From positions 1-64,000 of IMG/VR virus record IMGVR_UViG_3300005530_000004: a DNA stretch of 64,000 bases. One strand, written 5' to 3'. Shown here piece by piece: positions 20,158-30,153 of this stretch. The notes below the pieces were generated by a model that was given only the letters and a program-made list of their open reading frames with translations, had not been told where the DNA came from and made no database searches. This DNA is from a virus. The translations under genes and the position numbers were made by a program. The stretch's first letter is position 1. Each line of letters opens with the position of its first letter.

Positions 20158-21600
20158 ATGGGTGCCATTCTTGACATTTTTCGTAAGGACGCTTTTAATG
20201 TAGTTAATTTAACTGCTGCAATAAATAAGCTTCCTTATAAACCAACTAGAATTACCGACATGGGTTTATTCCAAGAAAAAGGAATAAACACTACTATGGC
20301 GGCTGTTGAAGAACGAGATGGAAAGTTAGGGCTATTAACTTCTCGCGCTCGTGGCGTAATGACAGAAATTAATACCATTGGTTTGCGAAAAGTTCGTGCG
20401 TTCCAAGTTCCTCATATTCCCATCAATGAATCTGTGCTTGCAGATCAAGTGCAAAATTTACGCGCATTTGGTTCTGCAAATCAAATGGAAACAGTTGCTA
20501 CTGCAATTAATGAACGATTGCAAAGCATGAAAGATTGGATTGACACGACAAAAGAATATTATCGTGTTAGTTCTCTGCAAGGCAATTTGTTGGATGGGGA
20601 TACTACTACTGTTCTTTTTAATTGGTTCAGTGAATTTGGACTTACTCAAACCAGTTATAATGTAGATTTTACTTCGTTTAATTCTTTTACTGCACCTGGA
20701 GCATTAACTGCTGCCGATGGTGGTGGTAGCGGCTTATTATCTGCTGGTGCATATACTTATAAAGTAACTTTTGTTACTAGTGCTGGTGAAACTCAAGCTA
20801 GTGTTGCAAGTAACTCTATTACTTTAGCAGCTTCTCACAAAATGACTTTAACGGCAATTCCTGTTGGTCCCGCAGGGACTTTATATAGGAATCTTTATCG
20901 TACTACTGCTGGTGGTTCTAGCTATTTATTCTTGACACAAATTTCAGATAATACTACTGTTGGTTATACTGATAATATTGCGGATGCAAGTTTGGGTAGC
21001 AATGTTGCACCGACTGTTACTAATATTCCTAGCGCTCGTGATCCATATACTTCTGTAATGGACATGAAAAAGGATGTAGCAACGAAAATTATTCGAGCAA
21101 TCGAAGATGCTTTGGGCGTTACAATGTATCGTAGCATTCGAGTTCTTTGTGGAAATGCTTTCTGGGATAATTTTATTAATCATCCAACCGTTATTCATTC
21201 TTATGAACGATGGTTGCAAGCTGGTGATACTGGAACTGGTGGAAGCTTTTTCCGAAATCAACAGCGTCAACAATTAAATCGTCAGGGAGATTCTGTTGCT
21301 CCTGGTGGTTTTGAATTTGCTGGAATGTATTGGGAAAATTATCGTGGCCATATTGGAACAAATTTCTTTGTTCCTGATAAGGGTGCAATTGCATTTCCTG
21401 AAGGCTGTCCAGATTTATTTATTGAACATATTGCTCCTGCACCGTTTATTGAAACGGTCAATACTATTGGTTTACCGTATTATGCAAAACAAGAACTTAT
21501 GCGATTTGGTTTAGGTATTGAATTGCACGCAGAGGCTAATCCTTTGCCTATGTGTACTCGCCCCGGTGCTTTAATTAAATTAACTCAAACTGCACCGTAA
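20158..21600 (+). CDS. major capsid protein (phage cap E family) with internal Fn3/Ig-like insertion
   Basis: FNVVNLTAAINKLPY, AFQVPHIP, FEFAGMYWENYRG, APAPFIETVNTIGLPYYAKQ, EANPLPMCTRPGAL. Confidence 0.95.
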   Translation: MGAILDIFRKDAFNVVNLTAAINKLPYKPTRITDMGLFQEKGINTTMAAVEERDGKLGLLTSRARGVMTEINTIGLRKVRAFQVPHIPINESVLADQVQNLRAFGSANQMETVATAINERLQSMKDWIDTTKEYYRVSSLQGNLLDGDTTTVLFNWFSEFGLTQTSYNVDFTSFNSFTAPGALTAADGGGSGLLSAGAYTYKVTFVTSAGETQASVASNSITLAASHKMTLTAIPVGPAGTLYRNLYRTTAGGSSYLFLTQISDNTTVGYTDNIADASLGSNVAPTVTNIPSARDPYTSVMDMKKDVATKIIRAIEDALGVTMYRSIRVLCGNAFWDNFINHPTVIHSYERWLQAGDTGTGGSFFRNQQRQQLNRQGDSVAPGGFEFAGMYWENYRGHIGTNFFVPDKGAIAFPEGCPDLFIEHIAPAPFIETVNTIGLPYYAKQELMRFGLGIELHAEANPLPMCTRPGALIKLTQTAP

Positions 21601-21658
21601 TATTTATCTAAGGTTTATTTTGACGGAATGTTTATAAGCAGGCGAGGCGATGGGTCGG

Positions 21659-21726
21659 ATATGCGGGTATATTAATATAAATTAGTTGGGTCCGATTTAT
21701 ATTAATCCCTGCCCGCATATTCTTTT
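21659..21726 (+). terminator. long hairpin downstream of MCP (terminator or stability element)
   Basis: ATATGCGGGT/GCCCGCATAT and ATTAATATAAAT/ATTTATATTAAT stems followed by TCTTTT. Confidence 0.55.
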
Positions 21727-21745
21727 ATATAAAGAAAAACTAAAA

Positions 21746-22354
21746 ATGCCAAATAAGACTCCTGAGTTTGAATTAAAATTATCAGAAGCATTGCATTTTG
21801 ATAATAAAGATAAAATGCGAAGAACAATAGTAAAATCTATAAATAACATACGAACAAAAAATGGACTGGCTGAATTATCTCTATCATTTTTTGAAGAAAG
21901 CAAGCATCCTAGAGATCATGGAAAATTTGCTTCAAAAGGTGGAAGTGGCGGTAGTGGAAGTGAAGAAAATAATGGTGATGAGGCAACATTTAAAGGTGAA
22001 AGTTATAATCGTAAAGAAGTACGTAATAAAATAAAAGAAGGTGATGCTAAAGAAAGATTAAGTAAAATTTTAACAGGGGCTAAGTGGGCTGGAATAATTG
22101 GTGGTGGCGCTGCTGCTGTTGCTACTGGACACCCAATTATTGCTGCCGCTTTATTTGGATATGGAGCAACTAAAATTGCTTCTAAAATGGCTGCTGCTGC
22201 AACTTATGCAACTGCAAAATATGGTACTAAAACTGTAATAGGTGCTAATATTGCTGCCACAAAAATAACGACTGCGCCTAGTAGATTTATTTTAAGAAAA
22301 GCTGGACAAGGTATATCTGGTATTGTAGATGCAGTTAGTTCTGAATTTAAATAA
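21746..22354 (+). CDS. putative internal/ejection protein with HPRD motif and hydrophobic Gly/Ala helices
   Basis: LSLSFFEESKHPRDHGKF; start moved to ATG 21746. Confidence 0.7.
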   Translation: MPNKTPEFELKLSEALHFDNKDKMRRTIVKSINNIRTKNGLAELSLSFFEESKHPRDHGKFASKGGSGGSGSEENNGDEATFKGESYNRKEVRNKIKEGDAKERLSKILTGAKWAGIIGGGAAAVATGHPIIAAALFGYGATKIASKMAAAATYATAKYGTKTVIGANIAATKITTAPSRFILRKAGQGISGIVDAVSSEFK

Positions 22355-22364
22355 GGATATAACA

Positions 22365-23603
22365 ATGATAGATAAACGAATATTGTCCAGAAAAAGATTA
22401 ACAGAGATATCTTTATCATTTAATAATGATATATCTATCCTTGCTGCTTTTGAAGAAAGTAAACATCCTAGAGATCATGGAAAATTCACATTTAAAAATG
22501 GTGGAAAATCCAGTGGTTCTGGCGGTTCTGGAAGCGTTATAAGTTCTGGAAAAAGTAAAAAGAAAAGAAGTGTCAGAGAAGTTTCTCAACAAGTTTCTCA
22601 ACAAGTTTCTCAACCTGTCCAGCAACCCAAACAGCAACCTAAGCAACAACAATCTAAGCACGAATTTAAGGAGTGGGAAAGCCAAATTCGTGCGGTTAGA
22701 AATGAAACAATAGCTCAGCAAGCTAGAGAAGGTGAATATCAACCCGAACATGCTGCAAAATCTTCTTTTGCAGAACATGCTGCAAAAGAAGCTGGAATAA
22801 TTTATGGTTTAGGTGCAATAAAAAATGTAGGTAAAAAATTCTTTGGTGGAGCTAATAAGACTAAAGAAATAGTTACTGCGGAAATTGTTCCAGAATCTGC
22901 TGAAACAAGAAAAAAGGCTGTTGCTGCTGCAAAAGCTGCTGCTGGACCTAAATTAAAAAAAGCAAGGAAGCTTACTAATGCTACAGCTAGAAGTGCAGGA
23001 ATTAAAAATGCTCAAAAAGCTGCTAATGCTGCATATAAAGCTACAATTAAAGATTTAGCAGGAAAAGTTGGTGCATCTGCTACAGTAGAAGAAGGTGCTA
23101 CATTAGCTTCAAAAGCTGTTGGTGGTAGTAGATTAAAAAAGGCTGCTAGTGCAATATTTGGAATTGGAACATTAATTCCAAGATTAAGTGTTCCTCATTT
23201 AGCTATAGCTACAGCTGTTGCTGCTGCTGGATATTATGGATATAAAAAATATCAACAAAAGCAACGACAGCATGAAATAATGCAACATGAACGAGAATTA
23301 ATGAAGGAAGAATCTGAGTCAGCATATAATTCTGATGATGATAGACAATTTAATAAAGAAGTTAGAGAGAAAACAGCTAGAGAAGTTGCTAGACAAGCAA
23401 GTGTTTATGCCGCCAAGCAATATTCTCAGCAACAAGTTAGTTATCAAAAACAAGCTATTGATGAAGAATTAAGTACAGGAAGAGTTCAAAGAAAAATGCG
23501 TAGATCGGCACGTATTACTGCTTATGCTGCTGCTAAAGAATACGCAAGACAAGAACGTACTCAAGCATATAAAACTAGAGAGTCAGATAGTTTTCTATAC
23601 TAA
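22365..23603 (+). CDS. putative internal/ejection protein with HPRD motif
   Basis: ILAAFEESKHPRDHGKF; Ala/Lys-rich; hydrophobic segment LAIATAVAAAGYYGY; AAGGA RBS before ATG 22365. Confidence 0.7.
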   Translation: MIDKRILSRKRLTEISLSFNNDISILAAFEESKHPRDHGKFTFKNGGKSSGSGGSGSVISSGKSKKKRSVREVSQQVSQQVSQPVQQPKQQPKQQQSKHEFKEWESQIRAVRNETIAQQAREGEYQPEHAAKSSFAEHAAKEAGIIYGLGAIKNVGKKFFGGANKTKEIVTAEIVPESAETRKKAVAAAKAAAGPKLKKARKLTNATARSAGIKNAQKAANAAYKATIKDLAGKVGASATVEEGATLASKAVGGSRLKKAASAIFGIGTLIPRLSVPHLAIATAVAAAGYYGYKKYQQKQRQHEIMQHERELMKEESESAYNSDDDRQFNKEVREKTAREVARQASVYAAKQYSQQQVSYQKQAIDEELSTGRVQRKMRRSARITAYAAAKEYARQERTQAYKTRESDSFLY

Positions 23604-23606
23604 TAT

Positions 23607-24158
23607 ATGATAACAGTCACAGTAAAAATAGACCTTAAAAAACTTAAAAAATTTCAAGGTCTATTAAAAAGAGATTTAAGAGCTGGTGGACAAACTTCTG
23701 GTGGTTCACCAATTAATAATGCTTTTAAGCAATGGGGTGTTCGTGTAAGAAGTTATTTACAACAAAGATTTGTATTATATTCTCGTGGTGGTGGAGATTG
23801 GGCACCATTAAAACCATCTACAATTAGAGCTAGAAGAGGTTCCAAAAAAGGTAAACGTAACTCAGTAGCAATATTAAGAGATACTGGAACTTTATATAAT
23901 GCACTTTCACCAGAATTTACTGGAAAACCTGGTGCGATAGAAGAAAAAATACCTTATGGAGTAAGAATAGGGTATGGTGGTCCAGGAAGATACACTAATA
24001 AATATGGTGGAGTAGCTACCATTGCAGATATTGCTAGTTTTCATCAAGTGGGTGCTGGGTATTTACCAAAACGTGAAATTATTGTATTACCAGACGATCA
24101 TACTTTAGAGTTAATGTCAGAGGATATGTTAAGAGCTTTAGATAAGATGAATAGATAA
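23607..24158 (+). CDS. virion morphogenesis/tail completion protein (Mu gpG-like)
   Basis: WAPLKPSTIRARR..ILRDTGTL..HQVGAG.LPKR. Confidence 0.85.
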   Translation: MITVTVKIDLKKLKKFQGLLKRDLRAGGQTSGGSPINNAFKQWGVRVRSYLQQRFVLYSRGGGDWAPLKPSTIRARRGSKKGKRNSVAILRDTGTLYNALSPEFTGKPGAIEEKIPYGVRIGYGGPGRYTNKYGGVATIADIASFHQVGAGYLPKREIIVLPDDHTLELMSEDMLRALDKMNR

Positions 24159-24715
24159 TGCCACCTACTCCTGCAAATAACGACGGCTTTATTGTAAATC
24201 CATTTACTTTGGTATTTGATGCTCTTTGGAGCATATTAGAAAATTCTCCACAATTTACGGCTGATGTAAAAGCCGGTAATAGAATACATTTAAATAGGAC
24301 TAATGATCCTAATGCTTTAAAACCAGAAATACAAGATAGTGATCTTCCAGAAGTAATATTAACATCTGCTGGTTCAGGAACAATAGGATTATTTGTAACA
24401 TCATCTACAAGTAAAATAATAAAACGATATCAGTTTTTAATTTCTACTGGAGATCAGAGAGTTCAGAATTACTTAAATCAGGTTCAGTTCGACATATTTG
24501 CAGCATTCACTGGTTGGCAAGATTTATTGGGGCAATTAATTTGGCCAGTAAATTCCGGTAGAAATTTTGTAAAGCGTGGAGATTTAGTAGATTGTGAAGA
24601 GGGCTTATCTAATTCTGAAAGAAATCGTGGAATAGTTGGCTGGTCATCAATTTGGTCCGCAGAAGTCGAAATGCACTTTGCAACAAGTGATTTAAAGGCA
24701 TATCGTGGTTATTAA
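24158..24715 (+). CDS. putative tail terminator
   Basis: synteny; DLPEVIL motif; size. Confidence 0.55.
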   Translation: MPPTPANNDGFIVNPFTLVFDALWSILENSPQFTADVKAGNRIHLNRTNDPNALKPEIQDSDLPEVILTSAGSGTIGLFVTSSTSKIIKRYQFLISTGDQRVQNYLNQVQFDIFAAFTGWQDLLGQLIWPVNSGRNFVKRGDLVDCEEGLSNSERNRGIVGWSSIWSAEVEMHFATSDLKAYRGY

Positions 24716-24719
24716 ATAT

Positions 24720-25115
24720 ATGGATATACCTCTATTTGAACATGAAATTTCTTTGGTCTTATCATTTGATGAAAACAAACACCCAAGAGATAAAGAAGGT
24801 AAGTTTAAGACATATTATCACGGATCACCTAATCCAAATATTGAAGTATTAAAAGCTGGTAGCTATGTAACTAAGCATTTATATATTGCTAAGATAATGG
24901 GTATACATAATAAAAGAAACAAAAAAGTTTGGAATGATAAAGATTTAACGAAGCCATATAAATTTGGTAGTAAAATAAAATTTAAAAGTAAAAATAAATT
25001 TTCTGGTAAGCCAATTATTTATAAATTAGAAGTTAAAGATGAAGATATTGATTTTTTAAACAATCCTTTTGAGCATACAATTAAAGTACCAATTAAAGTT
25101 ATTAAATTAATCTAA
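24720..25115 (+). CDS. HPRD-tagged putative ADP-ribosyltransferase-fold protein
   Basis: LVLSFDENKHPRDKEGKF, then YYHGS..GSYVT..A..IYKLEV. Confidence 0.5.
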   Translation: MDIPLFEHEISLVLSFDENKHPRDKEGKFKTYYHGSPNPNIEVLKAGSYVTKHLYIAKIMGIHNKRNKKVWNDKDLTKPYKFGSKIKFKSKNKFSGKPIIYKLEVKDEDIDFLNNPFEHTIKVPIKVIKLI

Positions 25116-25137
25116 GGTAATAGGAGATTGAAAATCT

Positions 25138-26037
25138 ATGGGATATCATTCTGGAAAGTTCGGTGTTATCAACAATGTTCCTGCAATGATTAGCTGGAGC
25201 ATTGAAGATGATTCTGATACAAAAGAAGCTGTTAATTCACAAACTTATTCAATGCCAATGCAGCTTCCCGGTGTAAATCATTGGTCGGGAAGTATTGAAC
25301 AAAACGGTGCAAATCCGGTTGCAGGATTAATGCCTGGAGCCATATTTGCATTTCAAGGATATACTGCACCAGATAATGATACTGCTTCTGGAACTGGGAG
25401 CATATATTCTGGAAATATAATGGTCGAAAGAATGACGTTAGCACTTAATTGGGAAACAGGTGACGTAGAAAAGATTTCTTATGAATTCCAAGGTGCATTA
25501 GGTTTAACTTTTGCTACTGGACAAGCAGCATTAACAGATGTTACTACGCCAAATTATTACGGAACAAAACAATTACCTACACCGCAAGTTGCAGTAGCAA
25601 ATGCAGCTGGAAGTTGGATTCCGGGATCTTTTGTTGCTTGGCCAAATGTTTCGCAATTATCTATATCTATTTCAAATGAAGTTCAATCAGTAGTCAATTC
25701 ATCTACTGGTGGAAATACAGATAAAAAAGCTGGTCCTTGGAAAATGGAAGTTACTGCGACTGAGCAAGAAATATTGCGAGCATTATTTGAAAAAGATAAT
25801 ATTCTTCATTTAAAGGTGTTCACTAAGCCGGATTCCTCCCAATTTTGGGACATTAAATGGCTGCACGTAAAGAATTTTACCGGCATTCAAATTAGCCGTG
25901 AAAGCGGAGCTATTATTACTAGAAATGTTAGCTTACCTTTCCAAGCTTACGATAATGAAGCTACTCCAATTTTAGGTGCAATAACTTTACCTGGCGCCGG
26001 TAGTGATTGGTGGCCATCTGTTGCTGGTGGTGCGTAA
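25138..26037 (+). CDS. major tail tube protein
   Basis: GGAG RBS; SGKFG..SWSIE..WSGSIE..ISYEFQG; precedes chaperone and TMP. Confidence 0.75.
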   Translation: MGYHSGKFGVINNVPAMISWSIEDDSDTKEAVNSQTYSMPMQLPGVNHWSGSIEQNGANPVAGLMPGAIFAFQGYTAPDNDTASGTGSIYSGNIMVERMTLALNWETGDVEKISYEFQGALGLTFATGQAALTDVTTPNYYGTKQLPTPQVAVANAAGSWIPGSFVAWPNVSQLSISISNEVQSVVNSSTGGNTDKKAGPWKMEVTATEQEILRALFEKDNILHLKVFTKPDSSQFWDIKWLHVKNFTGIQISRESGAIITRNVSLPFQAYDNEATPILGAITLPGAGSDWWPSVAGGA

Positions 26038-26082
26038 TATTTTCACGTATTTCTTTTTCAACCTTTAAGTAGATAACTTAAT

Positions 26083-26565
26083 ATGGATAGTGCAAATATA
26101 AATGATTCAACTATAACTGGTGCTGCTAGGCCACTTATATTTGCAGATGGAACGCAAATACTTCTTAGTCCATTAGGCGATAAAGATGTAACAGAATTAG
26201 ATAATTGGGTTAAAGCCAAATATCTACATGATGCACGCTCAACCATTCCAGAAAATGCAACAGAAGAACAAAAGGATCGTATAGAAAGAATTGCGCAACA
26301 AACTGCAACAACTTTATGTTGGTGGATGGGGCACGGCGCATCTATTATGGCAAGCATAGATGGAATGACACAAGTCATTTATCAATCTGCCAAAAAGAAT
26401 AATCCTAATATTACTTACGATGAAATTCACTCTAAATTATTTGTCCACGAAAATTTAGATTTGGCAAATGAGGCAATTTCTAAGACAAATAACTTAAACA
26501 CTGAATTGAAAAAAAAGAAGGTGGCAGTACAAGTAAAATATCTGAAGAAAAAAGGTTCAAGATAA
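26083..26565 (+). CDS. tail assembly chaperone (gpG-like)
   Basis: position; slippery A AAA AAG at 26511-26517. Confidence 0.75.
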   Translation: MDSANINDSTITGAARPLIFADGTQILLSPLGDKDVTELDNWVKAKYLHDARSTIPENATEEQKDRIERIAQQTATTLCWWMGHGASIMASIDGMTQVIYQSAKKNNPNITYDEIHSKLFVHENLDLANEAISKTNNLNTELKKKKVAVQVKYLKKKGSR

Positions 26566-26780
26566 AAAAGAGGAGATATAGAACATTAGCTAAATTATAT
26601 GGATGGACATTTGATGTAATAGCAAATATGACAGAGGAACAGCAAGACATAGCTTTAGAGGAAGACAAAGAAGAGGAAGGTTCTAACAACACTGACCCAA
26701 ATATTTTATCATTCAAAGATGATAGAGAATATCAAGCATATTTAGCTAATATATCTAATTCAAATGCCAATAAAAGATAA
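26083..26780 (+). CDS. tail assembly chaperone GT, -1 frameshift product
   Basis: -1 frame after the slippery site is open to TAA 26778-26780 and encodes YRTLAKLYGWTFDVIANMT. Confidence 0.75.
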
Positions 26781-29313
26781 AAACAAAGTCCAGATAGATA
26801 TAACTGGTAATGAGGCACAACTTAATGAATCTTTAAAAGATTCAGAAAGTGTTATTGCCAGTTTTGGAAAAAAGATTACTAGCTCTTTTAGTAAAATAAT
26901 TTCTATATCTAATGATTTAAAAAATGGAGTTGTTGATACTTTTACTAGAGGGTCACAAGCAGTAATAGATTTCACTAATAACCTAAAAGATTCATCTATC
27001 GCTGCTGGTTCTCTTAGAAGTGTTTGGCAAAGAACACAATCATATTTAGCAAACTATATATTAGATGTACGAGAAGTAATAATCTTACATAAAGATTTAG
27101 CAAAGGTAAATCAATTAGTTGATAAGTCTACAGGATACTCCACCAAATCTCTGCAAATATATGCTGAACATTTAGAAAAGATAACAAAATTCTCCGCTGA
27201 GACTACAAAAAGTGCAATGCAATTAATAATGCACTTTCGTAATATTCACGGAGACGACTTCCTTGCAGCAACTCGCGCAGCACAAGATTTAGCCACTGAA
27301 TTGCGAACAGATTTAAATTCTGCTGCGCAATTAGTTGGAGAATCTTTAAATGATCCAGTAGCAGCCTTGCAGAAATTGGCTTCTGCAAACATATTCTTTA
27401 CTGAAAGCGAAGAAAAAGCTGTTAAAAGAGCTATGGAGGCTAATAATGTATTATTAGCCCAAAATTTAATACTAGGAAAATTAAATAAATCTTTTGGTGG
27501 TGCTGCAAAAGCTGCTGGTGATACATTCTATGGGAAGCTGGATAGACTTAAAAATGTATTGCATACTATAGGAACTAAAATAGGTGAGACTGTATATAAT
27601 AGATTTAATCAAATATTTAATGAGATGTATAAGGGTAGTAGAATATTTGATACAATAATACAAAAAATAACTGACTGGGGCAATATAACTATAGCAACTA
27701 TTGACACCTTACTACCTAAAATATTTGATTTTATTGGTAGTTTTAAACTCAATTTCGAAATAATATATGACTGGTTGATAGATGCAACGATAAATACTTT
27801 TACTGTTGTCCAAACTATTATTTCTCATGCTAGTGAAATAATACATGAATTAAATCTGTTTCTTTTCTCATCTTTTTCTAAGATATGGTCAGGTATTGCA
27901 GAAATATTTACTGTGATACTACCTAAATCATATCAATACATGGCAGAGGTATTTTCTAATGTTATAAACAATATAATAAAAGGCGCAGAATCATTTTGGT
28001 ACAAAATGAAATTGTTTTCTATTGTTGCTTTTAATAATATATCATTGGAGATAGTGAAGTTCTTTATAAAAGTTGAAAAATGGCTAATTCAATTAGGGTC
28101 AATGTTAATTCCTTGGGTTCGTTCTTTATCAATACCTTTAAGACTTTTATTTGGTGTTACACTTAGTGATATACTAAATAAAGCAGAAAAGGCATTAGAT
28201 GATTTCGTTGATAAATCAAAACAAGCATACCCAGAATTATTTTCAGGATATAATTTTGAGAACCCGTTCAAAAATGTTGATATTCCTGATTTTAGTGAGT
28301 CTGTTGATGATATAAAAGCCAGTATGAATTTGACAACTGAATGGGGTAAGTTATTAGATAATATATCTAATAATTTTGGTGATGAATTTAAAGATAATGT
28401 TGAAAAGAATAAAAAACAATTTAATTCACTAATAAATGATATTAAAAATAAGGCAAAAGGACAAAAACTTCTCGAAGACCCTAGACTTAAAATAGAACAA
28501 GATAGACGTAAAGATGATTTGAAAAAAGAAAAAGGTTTTGTGTCTAAAATGGTTTCTGGCTTAGAGGAGTTTTGGTATAAAGGTGCCAGCGAACAATCTA
28601 AAAATACGTCTGCTATTAAAGAAAATACAGCAGCTCTTAAGAATGAAAAGAAAAAAACTCCAGCCGAGCTAAAAAAAGAAAATGTAGAGAAAAAAGAAAA
28701 TAAAGCAAAGAATGCAGATGAAGATAAGGCTGCAAAACGTCGAGAGCAACAAGAAAAGAGGTTTAATTATCTACGTAAGCAAGGGAGAGTAAAAGAGGTT
28801 TTATCCGAAGAAGAAACCCAGAAAAAAGAAAATGAAAAACTAGATCGCACTCATGCCATGCAAGTAAGACTTCATGGAATGAGTGACAAAGAAATAAAAG
28901 AATTAAATGAGCTTTCAGATAAAGCTCGTGATGGCAATGCGTCTACTAATGAAATAGATAGAATGTTTGAATTAAACCAGAAAGAGATGGATAGAGCAGA
29001 GAAGATTTCTAGGATGAAGAAGAAAAGTGAATCTGGACGTGAGGAACTTATAGCCAGGGCTAAGCAAAATAGAGAGCGTCAAGAATTATTATCTGGTATG
29101 GGAAGCAAAACTAATAATTTTGCTATTGATAAAAATACAAAAGCATCTAAAGCTAGTGCAAGCAATAGGGGCGATTCTAAAAAAGAATTGTCGCAAGATA
29201 ATGTTAAAGTAGCAATGAGAGATGCTAATAGAGATTTGATATCTGAATTAAGACAAGTTACTAAGAATACAAAAGAAGCTGCCGATAATTTAAAGAAAAT
29301 TGGATCAGCCTGA
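26764..29313 (+). CDS. tape measure protein
   Basis: AAQDLA..DLNSAAQLVGESLNDPVAAL..AQNLILGKLNKSFGGAA; aromatic periodic region. Confidence 0.92.
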   Translation: MPIKDKNKVQIDITGNEAQLNESLKDSESVIASFGKKITSSFSKIISISNDLKNGVVDTFTRGSQAVIDFTNNLKDSSIAAGSLRSVWQRTQSYLANYILDVREVIILHKDLAKVNQLVDKSTGYSTKSLQIYAEHLEKITKFSAETTKSAMQLIMHFRNIHGDDFLAATRAAQDLATELRTDLNSAAQLVGESLNDPVAALQKLASANIFFTESEEKAVKRAMEANNVLLAQNLILGKLNKSFGGAAKAAGDTFYGKLDRLKNVLHTIGTKIGETVYNRFNQIFNEMYKGSRIFDTIIQKITDWGNITIATIDTLLPKIFDFIGSFKLNFEIIYDWLIDATINTFTVVQTIISHASEIIHELNLFLFSSFSKIWSGIAEIFTVILPKSYQYMAEVFSNVINNIIKGAESFWYKMKLFSIVAFNNISLEIVKFFIKVEKWLIQLGSMLIPWVRSLSIPLRLLFGVTLSDILNKAEKALDDFVDKSKQAYPELFSGYNFENPFKNVDIPDFSESVDDIKASMNLTTEWGKLLDNISNNFGDEFKDNVEKNKKQFNSLINDIKNKAKGQKLLEDPRLKIEQDRRKDDLKKEKGFVSKMVSGLEEFWYKGASEQSKNTSAIKENTAALKNEKKKTPAELKKENVEKKENKAKNADEDKAAKRREQQEKRFNYLRKQGRVKEVLSEEETQKKENEKLDRTHAMQVRLHGMSDKEIKELNELSDKARDGNASTNEIDRMFELNQKEMDRAEKISRMKKKSESGREELIARAKQNRERQELLSGMGSKTNNFAIDKNTKASKASASNRGDSKKELSQDNVKVAMRDANRDLISELRQVTKNTKEAADNLKKIGSA

Positions 29314-29314
29314 T

Positions 29315-30115
29315 ATGTACAGCATAATCCCATGCGCTGAAAAGCATGACAGTTTAGAAGAAAATTTTTCTATACTTGAAGCTCCAGAAGCTAGAGTCAC
29401 TTTACAATGTGCATATGCAGATAGATATGCTTTGGTTTCTGATTTATTATTAAATCGTAGACCGTGGCCGTATTATACTGCGCCGTTCATGCCATTGGCC
29501 ACAACTTGCAGTATTACAAATATTCCAGGAAAATATACTACTGATGCTACAAAGCAAGCAATATTTTATGAAACAAGTGAAGTTACTGTAAATTACACAA
29601 GTAAATTTCAAGATTTATATTCTGAAGAAATAGAGCCAACATCTGAATTTCAAACTATAGACAATAAGTTATTTAGATGGGTAAGTGGTGGACCGTTATC
29701 GGAAGATACAGAAGTAGGGTTTCTACGCAGAGGTTTAATGTTATCTAAAACATATTTTGATGTTTTAGATCCTTTACCAGACTTTCTAATAAGTTATGTA
29801 GGATTTGTAAATTCTGATACTGTTGTAAATTCAATGGGATTTGTATTTACACCAGAAACATTACTTTTTGTGCCGCCGCATTTATCAAGAACTGTAAGAT
29901 TTGATTCTACAAATGCTTGGCAAGTAGGTACAAAATTTATGTATAAAAGACCATTTCCATCTGACGACCCAAATCCAGGATGGAATACATTTTGGAACCC
30001 AAGCACACAATTGCATGAAAGAATGGTTGTAAAAGAAAATATGTTTGGTTTTGGTACACCATCAGAACCATATTATCAATATCCATTAGCACCGTTTACA
30101 AGTGTATTTTTCTAA
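29315..30115 (+). CDS. tail tip protein (distal-tail-like)
   Basis: follows TMP; ETLLF..GWNTFW; ATG start at 29315. Confidence 0.6.
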   Translation: MYSIIPCAEKHDSLEENFSILEAPEARVTLQCAYADRYALVSDLLLNRRPWPYYTAPFMPLATTCSITNIPGKYTTDATKQAIFYETSEVTVNYTSKFQDLYSEEIEPTSEFQTIDNKLFRWVSGGPLSEDTEVGFLRRGLMLSKTYFDVLDPLPDFLISYVGFVNSDTVVNSMGFVFTPETLLFVPPHLSRTVRFDSTNAWQVGTKFMYKRPFPSDDPNPGWNTFWNPSTQLHERMVVKENMFGFGTPSEPYYQYPLAPFTSVFF

Positions 30116-30153
30116 ACTGGTGTATTTTTCTAAGCAGATAAGCAGATAAATTT

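Noticed and set aside
20671-21051. Intein in the major capsid protein
   Set aside because: No C/S...HN splice motifs; the sequence looks like a beta-sandwich.
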